Below are positions 20,732 to 31,662 of a stretch of 64,000 nucleotides of DNA, piece after piece. The first letter of the stretch is position 1. Each line of letters starts with the position of its first letter. The DNA lies in assembly GCA_965237805.1 (NCBI GenBank), contig OZ250153.1, positions 416,001-480,000 on the forward strand, read 5' to 3'. The translations under genes and the position numbers were made by a program. The notes under the pieces are model-generated. The model was not told where the DNA came from. It was given only the letters and a program-made list of their open reading frames with translations, and searched no databases. The DNA comes from Gammaproteobacteria bacterium. Its GTDB lineage: Bacteria > Pseudomonadota > Gammaproteobacteria > JABABF01.

Positions 20732-21715
20732 TCAGGCACGCTCGATTCCAAAAGCCATCACCGGGGCGATGCCCCGCTCTCCCAGCGCCAGCGCCACCAA
20801 GCGATCTACCCCCAAGGCGGCTCCCGTCACTGCAGGCAGACCGGCCTCCAGCGCCGCCAGCTGGCGCTCGCAGTGCGGCGGCGTCGGCAGGCCGCGACGG
20901 CGGCGTTCGGCCAAATCCGCCTCAAAACGGCGGCGCTGCTCGGCGGCATCGCGCAGCTCGACGTAGCCGTTGACCAGCTCGACACCGCGGAGATAGATTT
21001 CAAAACGCCGCGCCACTGCCGTGCCATCGGGCTCTGTGCTCAGTGCCGCCTGAGCCGCTTGAACAGCGGGAAAACGGTGGATCAACACGGTGCCAGAGCA
21101 GCGTGCTAACAACGGCCTGACACGTGCTACAAACAGGAAGTCCAACACGCTGCCGCGATCGCTCTCCGCAGCCATAGCGGGTTCCAAAGCCCCGGCAGCA
21201 GCTTGCAACTCCGGCAAGCTGGCGCGGTGCGCATCAAGACCGGTGTGGCGGCGAAACAACACTTGGTAGTCGCGGGTGGCGCTGTGGTGCACCCCAGCCA
21301 AGACGGCGATCAGCGCCAGCGCCTCGTGCGCCAAGCGGGTCTCGTCCCAGCCGGGTCTATACCACTCCAGCATCGTGAATTCCGGGTTGTGCCAAGCACC
21401 GCTCTCGCCCCCTCTAAAAGCACGTCCCAGCTGGTAAATAGGCCCGCTGCCAGCCGCCAATAAGCGCTTCATCGCCGCCTCGGGAGAGGTCTGCAGATAG
21501 TGGCGACCGGCACCGGGCAATGGCGCTTCGACCGCGAGACTGTGTAGCTGCGGCTCGCTGGCCGCCGATGGCGCGAGCAAGGGGGTCTCCACCTCAAGCA
21601 CAGCTCGACGGGCAAAGAAAGTGCGGATGCGCGCCAACAGGCGAGCGCGCTGGCGCAGGCGATCAAGCGTCGCCGATGGCTGCCAATCTGCCGCTGACTG
21701 CGAGGCTGAGCGCAG
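20732..21715 (-). CDS. epmA: EF-P lysine aminoacylase EpmA (start uncertain)
   Basis: LEVETP, YLQTSPE..MKRLL, HNPEFTMLEWY, RFE.Y..G.EL.NG..EL, G.ALGVDRL; adjacent to efp. Confidence 0.92.
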   Translation of the reverse strand: MRSASQSAADWQPSATLDRLRQRARLLARIRTFFARRAVLEVETPLLAPSAASEPQLHSLAVEAPLPGAGRHYLQTSPEAAMKRLLAAGSGPIYQLGRAFRGGESGAWHNPEFTMLEWYRPGWDETRLAHEALALIAVLAGVHHSATRDYQVLFRRHTGLDAHRASLPELQAAAGALEPAMAAESDRGSVLDFLFVARVRPLLARCSGTVLIHRFPAVQAAQAALSTEPDGTAVARRFEIYLRGVELVNGYVELRDAAEQRRRFEADLAERRRRGLPTPPHCERQLAALEAGLPAVTGAALGVDRLVALALGERGIAPVMAFGIERA

Positions 21716-21741
21716 TCCCTCAGCAACGATGGCGGCGCGCC

Positions 21742-22320
21742 TTAGTTTTTGCCCGCCCGGCCTTGGTATTCACCGGTGCGGGTGTCGACGCGGATGCGGT
21801 CACCGAGATTGATGAACAGCGGCACACGCACCGAGGCCCCCGTGCTGAGCTGCGCCGGTTTGACGCCGCCGGTGGCGGTGTCGCCGCGCAAACCTGGGTC
21901 GGTCTCAGTGACCTCGATCTCGACGAAGTTCGGAGCGCGCACCGACAACGGCACACCATTCCAAAGCGTGACCATGCAACGGTCCTGCCCACTCAGCCAC
22001 GGGCGCGCATCGGCCACCGCCTGCTCGTTGGCACAGTGTTGCTCATAGCTGGAATCTTCCATAAAATGCCAACCTTCGCCGTCGGCGTACAGAAAGGACA
22101 TCTCGCGCTCGACCACATCGGCAGCTGGCAGACTGTCGCCAGATTTGAAAGTGCGCTCCCAAATGCGCCCGCTACGCAGATTGCGCAGGCGCACGCGGTT
22201 GAATGCCTGCCCCTTACCGGGCTTGACGAATTCGTTCTCGACAATGTTGCACGGCTCGCCGTCGAGCAAGAGCTTCAGGCCGGGCCGAAACTCATTGGTG
22301 GAGTGGTTGGCCATCTGCAT
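21742..22320 (-). CDS. efp: elongation factor P
   Basis: [31 protein letters not shown]. Confidence 0.97.
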   Translation of the reverse strand: MQMANHSTNEFRPGLKLLLDGEPCNIVENEFVKPGKGQAFNRVRLRNLRSGRIWERTFKSGDSLPAADVVEREMSFLYADGEGWHFMEDSSYEQHCANEQAVADARPWLSGQDRCMVTLWNGVPLSVRAPNFVEIEVTETDPGLRGDTATGGVKPAQLSTGASVRVPLFINLGDRIRVDTRTGEYQGRAGKN

Positions 22321-22364
22321 CCCCAGCTGTCATAGCGCCATAATAGCAGTGTGGTCAATCAGCT

Positions 22365-23438
22365 ATGGACAGGATAGGCAGCGTAGCCGTGAGCTCTAGA
22401 CAAGCCACCATAGCCACTGCCTCAGGCAGCGTGACAACAGCTGCCCCCGCCAGCGCAAGCGCCCGGTGGCAACGCGAGCTGCGCGATGCGATACGCCGGC
22501 CCGAGGAGCTGTTGGCCTTGCTACAGCTCGAGCCGGAGCAGCTGGACTGGGCAGTGGCCGACGGCGGCGATTTCCCGTTGCGGGTGCCGCGCCATTTCGC
22601 CGCCCGCATGCGCACCGGTGACCCTGCCGACCCCCTGTTGCGGCAGGTGCTCAGCAGCCGTCGCGAATGGGACAGCGTCACCGGCTTCAGCACCGACCCG
22701 CTGGCCGAGAGCGCGGCCAACCCATGCCCCGGCCTGCTACACAAATACCGCGGACGGGCGCTACTGCTCGCCACCCACAGCTGCGCGGTGCACTGCCGCT
22801 ACTGCTTCCGCCGCCATTTCCCGCAGGTAGCCGGTGCCCCCGGCGCACACTGGCAAGCAGCGCTGGATTACATTGCCGCACACCAAGAGATCGGCGAAGT
22901 GATCCTCAGCGGGGGCGACCCGTTGATGCTGCGCGACACCCTGCTGGCCAAGCTGTGCAGTGCACTGGAGGCAATCCCTCATCTGCGCGGCCTGCGGCTG
23001 CACACACGGTTGCCGGTGGTGATCCCGGCGCGCATCACCGAAGCCCTGCTGGAGCGCTTGGCGACGAGCCGTCTCAGGACGACGATGGTGGTGCACATCA
23101 ACCACGCACAGGAGCTCGACGACGATGTGGCTGCGGCACTGCGCCGTGTCGGCAAACGCGGCATCGCCCTGCTGAACCAATCCGTACTGTTGCGAGGGGT
23201 CAATGATGAGGTGAAGGTGCTGACCGAGCTGAGCGAGGCCTTACACTACCAAGCTGGCACGCTGCCCTACTACCTGCACCTGCCCGACCGTGTGGCCAAC
23301 ACCGCCCACTTCTATGTGAACGCGGCCGAGGGGCGGCGACTGATGGCGCAGCTGCGAGCGAACTTGCCCGGCTATCTGGTGCCACGGCTGGTGCGCGAAG
23401 AAGCTGGCGGGTCGGCGAAGACCATCATCGCCGCCTGA
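22365..23438 (+). CDS. epmB: EF-P beta-lysylation lysine 2,3-aminomutase
   Basis: GLLHKY..R.L, CAVHCRYCFRR radical SAM motif, SGGDPL, NQSVLL.GVND. Start may be further downstream. Confidence 0.93.
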   Translation: MDRIGSVAVSSRQATIATASGSVTTAAPASASARWQRELRDAIRRPEELLALLQLEPEQLDWAVADGGDFPLRVPRHFAARMRTGDPADPLLRQVLSSRREWDSVTGFSTDPLAESAANPCPGLLHKYRGRALLLATHSCAVHCRYCFRRHFPQVAGAPGAHWQAALDYIAAHQEIGEVILSGGDPLMLRDTLLAKLCSALEAIPHLRGLRLHTRLPVVIPARITEALLERLATSRLRTTMVVHINHAQELDDDVAAALRRVGKRGIALLNQSVLLRGVNDEVKVLTELSEALHYQAGTLPYYLHLPDRVANTAHFYVNAAEGRRLMAQLRANLPGYLVPRLVREEAGGSAKTIIAA

Positions 23439-23455
23439 ACGGCGGGGCGCGCCGC

Positions 23456-25657
23456 TCAGAGCCGCAAACGGATGCCCCCACCAACACCATAGCGCCCGCT
23501 GTAATGCAGGGTCGCATCAAAGCGTGTTGAGAAGCGGTAACGCAGCTCGACGGCATCATCCTTGTCACCGACATCGAGCAACCAGGCCAGCGACAGGCGC
23601 TCACTGAGCTGGTGGTGATTGCTCAAGCGCAAGATCACACCCTCCTCGGAATCCCATTCGAGCTCCGCCTCCAGCCGTAGCGGCAGCACAAGTGCGGCTC
23701 CCAACAGGGCGCTGTGCTCGATGTCTTCGCCGCTGTGGAAATCCTGCGTGCGCGTCAGACGATAACCGGTGTAGACCGAAGAAAAACGCCCCAATAGCCG
23801 CCGGTAGGCCAATTCACCCTCACCATATCGCTCTCCATTCCGCTCTGTCAGGCCGTGTTCAAAACTCCACTCCAATTGATCGTTCGCGTCGCGTAGCTGC
23901 CCCTCCACTGCTGCCATATTGCTGAGCAGCACCCACTCGCCGCGCCACCAGAAGCGGCGATCCTCCATGGCAGCTGGCGGCATCGGCTCGGCAGCGCGTT
24001 CCAAGGCGGTGGCCCGACGTTCCAAATTGTCGCCGAGCGCGGTGCGGGCACGATCCACCGCAGGCAGATGGTCGCTCCCCCCGGGTGCAGGAGGCAAGGC
24101 GGCGACCACCCGGTGCGCCGTGCCGGGAGCCGGAGCTGAGTAGCTCACAGCCCGCGCCATACCGGTCGCCATGTGGTAGAGGTTATGGCAGTGCATGATC
24201 CAACGGCCGGGCTCGACCGCCAACAGCTCGATGGTCTGCTGCTGCATCGGCGGCACCACCACGGTGTGTTTGAGCGGGGCGCGATCGCCCTGCCCATTCA
24301 ACACCCTGAAAAAATGGCCGTGCAGATGGATCGGGTGATCCATCATGGTCTCGTTGAGCAGCTCGATGCGCAACAACTCGCCGGGGACAAACTCCAGCGG
24401 CTCTGCGGCGCTGAAAATGACATTATTAAAAGACCAGACATAGTTTTCCATGGCACCGGTCAACCGCAGACTGATGACGCGATCCGGCGCTCTGCGCTCG
24501 GCCTCAGTGCGAGCCGTACGGGCGCGCAGCTGGCGGTATATCAATCCATCCACTGGGTTGGCCATCGCACCGTGACCAGCATGTCCGCCATGGGCACCGT
24601 GCGCCGCATAGAGGTCGGGGCGCGGGCGCGTCGTCACGGCTCGCAGCTGACCCGCGCCGAGCAGCACGCTACTCCAGCCACTACCGTCGTTGGCGGTGGC
24701 CCGCAATTCGCGGGCTTCGCCAGCGGCGGTCGGCAGCAACAGATCATAGCTCTCCCCCATGCCGATGCGTAGCCGCTGGACGCGAACGGGCTCCACTGGC
24801 TGGCCATCGGCGCTGATCAGCTCCAGCGATCCGACGGCATACTCCAAATCGAACAGGGTGGAAGCCGCCGCGTTGATGACCCGCAGCCGCACGCAACCCG
24901 AACCCAGCTCCCCCAAGGCATGGCGCTGCTCGCCATTGGCCAAGAAGCGGTCGTAGCCGACATCGGAGACATCCATTGCGCCCATGCGCAGCCATGACAT
25001 CTGCAGACGGCTCGCCACCGCAGTCGGGCCACGACTCAGGGCACCGAGCCAGTGTTGCACGGTGCCTTTTTTGCTGGCAAACCAATCACTGTCTTTTTTC
25101 AAGCGGCGCAGAATCGCGGCACCGGACATCCGATCCCAGTCGGACAAGACCACCGCCAGATCCTCAGCACAGCGGTTCATCGCCGGGAAGTCCTGTTCAT
25201 CTCCCAGCAGCACGATGGCACCATAAAGGCCGTCCTGCTCTTGGAGAGCGGTATGGGAGTGGTACCAATAAGTGCCGCTTTGACGTGCAGCAAAGCGGAA
25301 TTCGCGACTGGCACCGGGCGCGATGGGCGGCGAGCTGATGCCGGGCACGCCGTCTTGGTCATAGGGCAAGAGTAGGCCATGCCAGTGCAGCAGTACGGGC
25401 TCGTCGAGCCGATTGACCACTTCAATGTGCAGTTGATCCCCGACTCGGGCGCTGAGCGTCGGCGCGGGCGAACGACCGTTGATCACCAAGTGATGGGACT
25501 GCGGGCCGTCCTGTCGCTCCGTCACCAGCTGGTATTTGACGATGGCCGTGCGCGCCGCCGCTGGCCATGCCAAGGACATCGAAACAAGCGCCAAGACGGC
25601 GCAGCACGAGACCGTGACCAAGCACTTCCCGCTGGGCTGCTGCTGTTTCACCGCCAT
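23456..25657 (-). CDS. multicopper oxidase (CopA/CueO-like) with C-terminal putative beta-barrel domain
   Basis: Copper motifs HWHG, YWYHSH, HPIHLHGH, HCHNLYHM; signal-peptide-like N-terminus; amphipathic C-terminal strands. Start uncertain. Confidence 0.85.
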   Translation of the reverse strand: MAVKQQQPSGKCLVTVSCCAVLALVSMSLAWPAAARTAIVKYQLVTERQDGPQSHHLVINGRSPAPTLSARVGDQLHIEVVNRLDEPVLLHWHGLLLPYDQDGVPGISSPPIAPGASREFRFAARQSGTYWYHSHTALQEQDGLYGAIVLLGDEQDFPAMNRCAEDLAVVLSDWDRMSGAAILRRLKKDSDWFASKKGTVQHWLGALSRGPTAVASRLQMSWLRMGAMDVSDVGYDRFLANGEQRHALGELGSGCVRLRVINAAASTLFDLEYAVGSLELISADGQPVEPVRVQRLRIGMGESYDLLLPTAAGEARELRATANDGSGWSSVLLGAGQLRAVTTRPRPDLYAAHGAHGGHAGHGAMANPVDGLIYRQLRARTARTEAERRAPDRVISLRLTGAMENYVWSFNNVIFSAAEPLEFVPGELLRIELLNETMMDHPIHLHGHFFRVLNGQGDRAPLKHTVVVPPMQQQTIELLAVEPGRWIMHCHNLYHMATGMARAVSYSAPAPGTAHRVVAALPPAPGGSDHLPAVDRARTALGDNLERRATALERAAEPMPPAAMEDRRFWWRGEWVLLSNMAAVEGQLRDANDQLEWSFEHGLTERNGERYGEGELAYRRLLGRFSSVYTGYRLTRTQDFHSGEDIEHSALLGAALVLPLRLEAELEWDSEEGVILRLSNHHQLSERLSLAWLLDVGDKDDAVELRYRFSTRFDATLHYSGRYGVGGGIRLRL

Positions 25658-25728
25658 ATGACACTGGGCACGCCAGCGCACCACAGCCAATATCCTCAAA
25701 GCTAACACAGCTGGCAATCGGCAGCCAG

Positions 25729-26493
25729 CTAAAGCCGCAGCTCGATGCCGCAGCGACTCAGATGACTCTTCGCTTCAGCGATGGAATAGGTGCCAAAGTG
25801 GAAGATGCTGGCAGCTAACACCGCATCGGCACCGCCCAATTTGATGCCATCAACCAGATGCTGCAAATTGCCAACCCCACCTGAGGCGATAACCGGTACG
25901 GGCACCGCATCGCTGACCGCCCGCGTCAACTCCAAGTCGAAGCCCTCGCAGGTGCCATCCCGGTCCATACTGGTCAGCAAGATCTCGCCAGCACCCAGCC
26001 CGACCACTTGCCGCGCCCACTGGATCGCATCGCGCCCCGCACTGCGCCGACCGCCGTGGGTGACAACCTCCCAGCTGCTGCCATCGGCGAGACGGCGCGC
26101 ATCGATGGCCACGACCACGCACTGACTGCCGAAACGCTCCGCCAACCGCCGCACCAAGTCGGGCTCCGCCACCGCCGCCGTGTTGATACTGACTTTATCC
26201 GCCCCGGCGCGGAGCAGCGTGCGCACATCGTCCTCGGAGCGCACCCCGCCGCCAACGGTTAGCGGGATAAAGACCTCACCAGCGATCGCCGCCACCGTGT
26301 GCAGCACCGTCTCGCGCCCCTCGTGACTGGCGCTGATGTCGAGCACCGTCAGCTCGTCGGCCCCCTCGTCATCGTAGCGGCGCGCCGCTTCGACCGGATC
26401 ACCAGCATCGCGCAGCTCGACAAAGCGCTCTCCCTTGACAACCCGCCCACCATCAATGTCGAGGCAGGGAATAATGCGCCGCGCCAAAGCCAT
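25729..26493 (-). CDS. hisF: imidazole glycerol phosphate synthase cyclase subunit
   Basis: RIIPCLD...[25 protein letters not shown]. Confidence 0.97.
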   Translation of the reverse strand: MALARRIIPCLDIDGGRVVKGERFVELRDAGDPVEAARRYDDEGADELTVLDISASHEGRETVLHTVAAIAGEVFIPLTVGGGVRSEDDVRTLLRAGADKVSINTAAVAEPDLVRRLAERFGSQCVVVAIDARRLADGSSWEVVTHGGRRSAGRDAIQWARQVVGLGAGEILLTSMDRDGTCEGFDLELTRAVSDAVPVPVIASGGVGNLQHLVDGIKLGGADAVLAASIFHFGTYSIAEAKSHLSRCGIELRL

Positions 26494-26495
26494 GC

Positions 26496-27293
26496 TCAGC
26501 CGGACTCAGAGCACAGCGCGAGACCAGCCGCCAAATCCAACGTCCCCTCGTAGAGAGAACGACCGGCAATGACCCCCGCCAGCCCCCCCAGAGCCACATC
26601 CCCAGACGATGCGGAGCGCAGCTCCTCGACGAGCGCCAAATCGGCGGCGATGATCCCCCGCAGCTCGTCTAAATCGCTGAGCCCGCCGGAGGCGATGACC
26701 GGCGTGTCAAAGCCGCGTTCGCGCAATGCGCGCACCAAGTCCAGCGTAGCCGCCAGATTGATACCACTCTGCATCCCGTCGCGGGCGATGTCAGTGTGGA
26801 TGATGGCCGCCGCACCGGCAGCGGCAAAATGACAGGCGAGGCCGATGACATCGCTGTCGGACTGCTCGAGCCAGCCGGCCACTGCCAGCTGGCCGTCGCG
26901 GGCATCCAAGCCAATGGCCACGCGTGCGGGAAAACGCCGGCACCAATCGGCCACCAAAGCGGGCTCGCGCTGAGCCAAGGTACCGATGACGACCCGGCTG
27001 ATTCCGGCGGCCAAATAATGCGCCAAGCGTTCGGCGTCGCGGATGCCGCCGCCGAGCTGCAGCTCGAGCTGCGGCAGGGCGGCGGCGATGGCGCAGATCT
27101 GCTCGTCGTGGCATGGCTCACCGGCCACGGCACCGTCCAAATCGACCACATGCAGTCGGCGGCAACCGGCCTCGCTCCAGCGCCGTGCTTGTGCGAGCGG
27201 GTCGGCGCTGTAGACCGTGCTATCAGCCATCTGCCCGCGACGCAGGCGCACACAATGGCCACCCTTGAGATCGATGGCCGGTATCAATTCCAC
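26496..27293 (-). CDS. hisA: ProFAR isomerase
   Basis: [33 protein letters not shown]; GTG start at 27293. Confidence 0.94.
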   Translation of the reverse strand: MELIPAIDLKGGHCVRLRRGQMADSTVYSADPLAQARRWSEAGCRRLHVVDLDGAVAGEPCHDEQICAIAAALPQLELQLGGGIRDAERLAHYLAAGISRVVIGTLAQREPALVADWCRRFPARVAIGLDARDGQLAVAGWLEQSDSDVIGLACHFAAAGAAAIIHTDIARDGMQSGINLAATLDLVRALRERGFDTPVIASGGLSDLDELRGIIAADLALVEELRSASSGDVALGGLAGVIAGRSLYEGTLDLAAGLALCSESG

Positions 27294-27294
27294 T

Positions 27295-27951
27295 TCATTC
27301 CTCTGCGCCCGACCAAGCCAAGAAATTCTCCAACAGCTGCAAGCCAGCGCGCTGACTCTTCTCCGGGTGGAACTGGGTGGCGAAGAGGCTGCCGCTGGCG
27401 GCGGCGGCGGTGAAGCGCAGGCCATAGTCGCTCTCGGCCACCACCTCGGCGGATGCGACCTGACAGTGGTAACTGTGGACAAAATAGAAGCGCTCGCCAT
27501 CGGCGATGCCGTGCCACAGCGGGTGGTCGCGGCGCTGGTACACGCGATTCCAACCCATATGAGGCACCTTGAGCCGCACCCCATCGGCATCGCTCAGCTC
27601 CTCGCCAAAGCCCAACCCCGTCCCCGATAGCAGCCCGAGACCGTCGACGCCACCATGCTCTTCGCTGTGCTGCAACAACATCTGTAAGCCGAGGCAGATG
27701 GCGAGTAGCGGTCGCCCAGAGCGCACATAGTCGGCAATGGCTCGATCCAGACCGCGCTGGCACAGCGTGTCGATACCTGCCCGCATACCGCCCACACCCG
27801 GCAAAACCAAACGTTCGGCACTATCAAAAGCAGCGGGGTGGTCGACCAGAGACACCTCGGCACCGAGGCGCTGCAAGGCCTTGCCCACCGAGTGCAGATT
27901 GCCCATGCCGTAGTCCACGACCGCACAACGCAGCCGTGTAGGCGACACCAC
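27295..27951 (-). CDS. hisH: imidazole glycerol phosphate synthase glutaminase subunit
   Basis: DYGMGNLHSV, ICLGLQ, VPHMGWN, QFHPEKS. Confidence 0.95.
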   Translation of the reverse strand: MVSPTRLRCAVVDYGMGNLHSVGKALQRLGAEVSLVDHPAAFDSAERLVLPGVGGMRAGIDTLCQRGLDRAIADYVRSGRPLLAICLGLQMLLQHSEEHGGVDGLGLLSGTGLGFGEELSDADGVRLKVPHMGWNRVYQRRDHPLWHGIADGERFYFVHSYHCQVASAEVVAESDYGLRFTAAAASGSLFATQFHPEKSQRAGLQLLENFLAWSGAEE

Positions 27952-27955
27952 AGCG

Positions 27956-28567
27956 CTATAGGCTGCCTTTGGTGGAGGGCACCCCACGAGCAGCGGCATC
28001 CGGTGACACAGCCTCCCGCAGTGCCCGACCAAAGGCCTTGAACACCGTCTCCGCTTGGTGGTGGCTGTTGTCGCCGCGCAAATTGTCGATATGCAGCGTG
28101 GTACCGGCGTGATTGACAAAACCGCTAAAAAACTCGCGCACCAGATCGACATCGAAATCGCCGATGCGCGCACGGCTAAAAGGCACGTTATAAACCAGCC
28201 CCGGGCGACCGGAGAAATCGATGACGACGCGGCTCAGAGCCTCGTCCAGTGGGACGAAAGCACTACCGTAGCGGCGGATGCCAGAGCGGTCACCCAAGCA
28301 GTGGCTCAGCGCTTGCCCCAGCGTGATGCCGATGTCCTCGACGGTGTGGTGTGCATCCACCGCCAAGTCGCCCTCGGCCTGTATCTTCAAGGCGAGCGCA
28401 CCGTGGTATGCGAGCTGCTCAAGCATATGCTCCAAAAAGGGGAGGCCCAGACTGATTTCAGCGCGATGTGGGTCGTCCAGCGCCACGGCGACGCGGATGT
28501 GGGTCTCCAGCGTCTTGCGCTCGATTTCAGCACGCCGGGGAGCACCCTGCGCTCTCTTGTCGGCCAT
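27956..28567 (-). CDS. hisB: imidazoleglycerol-phosphate dehydratase
   Basis: [38 protein letters not shown]. Confidence 0.96.
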   Translation of the reverse strand: MADKRAQGAPRRAEIERKTLETHIRVAVALDDPHRAEISLGLPFLEHMLEQLAYHGALALKIQAEGDLAVDAHHTVEDIGITLGQALSHCLGDRSGIRRYGSAFVPLDEALSRVVIDFSGRPGLVYNVPFSRARIGDFDVDLVREFFSGFVNHAGTTLHIDNLRGDNSHHQAETVFKAFGRALREAVSPDAAARGVPSTKGSL

Positions 28568-28723
28568 GGCGAAACCCTCTTGGATGAGCTGCGAATTATA
28601 CCCGCCACAAGTTCGCAACCACAGACTGGGGATACCGGCACCGCCCCCAATGCGCCACAGCAACCGTGCGCGAGCTACAATCACCCGACCGGTGTATACG
28701 GATGCCCGCCACCAAGACGAGCG

Positions 28724-29809
28724 ATGGACAACAGAGCATTCCAACGTGCGTTACGCTCGTGGCATAGCCACTCGGGACGGCACGATCTGCCATGGCTACG
28801 GCAGCGCTCGCCGTACCGCATCTGGGTTGCCGAAATCCTGCTACAGCAGACCCAAGTGCGCGTCGCCCTGCCCTACTACCAACGCTTCATGCGCCGCTTC
28901 CCCAGCCTCAAGGCGCTAGCCGAGGCACCGCTGGACGAGTTGCTCTCGCTGTGGAGTGGCCTAGGCTATTACGCTAGGGCGCGCAACTTGCACCGCACAG
29001 CCCAGCAGCTGCGAGAGACGCACGGCGGCAGATGGCCCCGCAGCGTCGCAGAGTTACAAGCGCTGCCGGGCATCGGCCGCTCTACCGCCGGGGCCATCGC
29101 CGCCGCCGCCTTCAGGCAACGCGGCATCATCCTTGATGGCAATGTGCGGCGTGTGCTGGCGCGTTTCGCCACTATAGCTGGATACCCCGGCACGGGAGCG
29201 ACCGAGCGCCAACTGTGGCGACTGGCCGACCACTACACACCGGAGCGGGATGCCGCCGAACACAATCAAGCGATGATGGACTTGGGTGCCACCGTCTGCA
29301 CGCACAGCACCCCCAACTGCCCATCCTGCCCACTGCACACCGGTTGCGCGGCGTGGCGCACGGGACGGGTCGCCGACTTCCCGGCTCGCCGCCCGCGTCG
29401 CCCGTCACCGCTACGGCATTGCCATATGCTACTGATCGAAAAACCAGACGGCCACATACTGCTGGAGCGCCGTGCGGAGCACGGACTCTGGGGCGGACTC
29501 TACAGCCTGCCTGAAATCGCATCGGCGCAAGACCCGCTGGCACACTATCCAGAGCTGGCGGCCTGCGGTGTGGCAAAGCGCGAGGAATGGGCTGTTTTGC
29601 GCCATACTTTCACCCATTTTCGACTCGACATCCACCCGCTCCACCTGCGCTTGGCGCGTGCGCCACACGGCATCGCCGAGGGCGATAACAAGCAGCTCTG
29701 GTACAATGCCAGCAACACTACACAGGGCTTGGTAGTGGGCCTGCCCACCCCGGTGAGCAAGTTGTTAGGGCAGTGGCGTAGCGGCCAAAACAACGGGCGC
29801 GGGCACTGA
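28724..29809 (+). CDS. mutY: A/G-specific adenine glycosylase
   Basis: [39 protein letters not shown], 4Fe-4S Cys motif. Confidence 0.95.
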   Translation: MDNRAFQRALRSWHSHSGRHDLPWLRQRSPYRIWVAEILLQQTQVRVALPYYQRFMRRFPSLKALAEAPLDELLSLWSGLGYYARARNLHRTAQQLRETHGGRWPRSVAELQALPGIGRSTAGAIAAAAFRQRGIILDGNVRRVLARFATIAGYPGTGATERQLWRLADHYTPERDAAEHNQAMMDLGATVCTHSTPNCPSCPLHTGCAAWRTGRVADFPARRPRRPSPLRHCHMLLIEKPDGHILLERRAEHGLWGGLYSLPEIASAQDPLAHYPELAACGVAKREEWAVLRHTFTHFRLDIHPLHLRLARAPHGIAEGDNKQLWYNASNTTQGLVVGLPTPVSKLLGQWRSGQNNGRGH

Positions 29810-29818
29810 GCAGAAATC

Positions 29819-30100
29819 ATGGCGCACACTGTGGTCTGCCGCAAGTATGCATGCGAATTGCCTGGTTTGGAGGCACCGCCTTTCCCCGGGGAAACTGGCA
29901 TGCAGATCTACCAGCAGGTCTCGCAACAGGCGTGGACAGAGTGGCAGGCGCTACAGGTGATGCTGATCAATGAAAAACGTCTCAGCACCACTGATCCCGC
30001 CGCCCGGCAGTACCTGCTTGAGCAGAGAGAATTGTTTTTGGACAACGGCGCACACGATCGGGCGGCAGGCTATGTGCCGCCGAACGAAGCGCCACAATAG
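29819..30100 (+). CDS. yggX: Fe(II)-trafficking / oxidative damage protection protein
   Basis: V.C.KY..EL.GL..PP.PG..G..I...VS..AW..W...Q.MLINE; follows mutY. Confidence 0.93.
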   Translation: MAHTVVCRKYACELPGLEAPPFPGETGMQIYQQVSQQAWTEWQALQVMLINEKRLSTTDPAARQYLLEQRELFLDNGAHDRAAGYVPPNEAPQ

Positions 30101-30144
30101 CCCAAGAGTGGCTCAGCGCCAAATATTAGATCAGCGATCGCGAC

Positions 30145-30252
<108 letters not shown>

Positions 30253-30434
30253 CAGCGTTTTGTGGGATTGACGGGCAATAGGAACTGATAGACGAACTAC
30301 GTCGACGCAGCTGCTCGCCCCCACCCAACTCCAAAACACCCCACAACCGCACCCAATCTGCCCACCCCACCCCCGCTGGGATAAAATAGGCGTTTAACTA
30401 CCACACCCGACAACCACCGCGAGAGAGTCGAGCC

Positions 30435-31013
30435 ATGCTGGCCGAATACGCCGTCATATTGGTCGGCAACATCCTGATCAACAACTTCGTGCTGGTACAA
30501 TTCCTCGGTCTGTGCCCATTTATGGGCGTGTCTACCAAGCTCGAAAGCGCGATCGGCATGTCTGCCGCCACCACCTTCGTGCTGACGCTATCCACGGTGT
30601 GCAGCTACCTGCTGTTCGAGTGGTGCTTGAAACCTTTGGGGATCGAGTACCTGCGCCTGATCGGCTTCATCCTCGTCATCGCCAGCATCGTGCAGCTGAC
30701 CGAGATGATGGTGCGCAAACTGAGCCCCTTGCTGTACCGCATGCTGGGCATTTTCCTGCCACTGATCACGACCAACTGTGCCGTGCTCGGCGTCGCCCTG
30801 TTGAACCTGAACCGCGAGCACGCGCTGCTGGATTCCGCCATCTACGGCTTCAGTGCCGCGCTGGGCTTCTCACTGGTGTTGGTGTGCTTCACCGCCATGC
30901 GCGAGCGCCTGCTGGTGTCCAACATCCCGCAACCCTTCCAAGGTGCCGCCAGTGCCATGCTGACTGCCGGCTTGGCCTCGCTCGCCTTCATGGGCTTCAT
31001 CGGCGTGGTCTAG
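30435..31013 (+). CDS. rsxA: Rnf/Rsx electron transport complex subunit A
   Basis: [33 protein letters not shown]. Confidence 0.95.
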   Translation: MLAEYAVILVGNILINNFVLVQFLGLCPFMGVSTKLESAIGMSAATTFVLTLSTVCSYLLFEWCLKPLGIEYLRLIGFILVIASIVQLTEMMVRKLSPLLYRMLGIFLPLITTNCAVLGVALLNLNREHALLDSAIYGFSAALGFSLVLVCFTAMRERLLVSNIPQPFQGAASAMLTAGLASLAFMGFIGVV

Positions 31014-31044
31014 CGGTACGCCACTGGACTTTGCAAAAATCGCC

Positions 31045-31662
31045 GTGAACAGCCTGCTCAACCACCCGGTCGCACTCACCGTGCTGGTGCTGGTCGGCCT
31101 CGGCCTGTTATTCGGCGTGCTACTGGGTATCGGTGCCGTACTGTTCCGCCCCAAGGGCAATGCATTGGTCGAGCAGATCAACCAGATTCTGCCGCAGACT
31201 CAGTGCGGGCAGTGCGGCTTCCCCGGTTGCCGTCCATACGCCGAGGCCATCGCCGCTGGCGAGGCTCAAATCAACCGCTGCCCGCCCGGCGGCGCTCCCG
31301 GCATCGCTCAGTTGGCCGCTCTGCTAGATACCGAGCCCTTAGCGCTCAATGCCGAACACGGCGAGGAAAAGCCACGTACCGTGGCCTACATCCGCGAAGA
31401 TGAATGCATCGGTTGCACCAAGTGTATCCAAGCCTGCCCGGTGGACGCGATCCTCGGCGCGGCGCGCTGGATGCACACGGTGATCATCGATGAATGCACC
31501 GGCTGCGATCTGTGCGTCGACCCCTGCCCGGTGGACTGCATCGATATGCTACCGCTACCGCACTCATCGGTGGACGATTGGCAGTGGCCCTTGCCGCAAA
31601 GTGCTGGCATGCAGGATCTGATCGCCACCGATAGCGCGGCAGCATCCGAGCGAGCCGCCTGA
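31045..31662 (+). CDS. rsxB: Rnf/Rsx subunit B
   Basis: [43 protein letters not shown]. Confidence 0.95.
   Translation: MNSLLNHPVALTVLVLVGLGLLFGVLLGIGAVLFRPKGNALVEQINQILPQTQCGQCGFPGCRPYAEAIAAGEAQINRCPPGGAPGIAQLAALLDTEPLALNAEHGEEKPRTVAYIREDECIGCTKCIQACPVDAILGAARWMHTVIIDECTGCDLCVDPCPVDCIDMLPLPHSSVDDWQWPLPQSAGMQDLIATDSAAASERAA

Noticed and set aside
28055-28723. Apparent long N-terminal extension or fusion on MutY (584-aa ORF), and similar extensions on HisA, HisH, TsaE, Orn and PhoR
   Set aside because: These are artefacts of taking the first start codon. The extensions overlap neighbouring genes, and family homology begins at internal starts.
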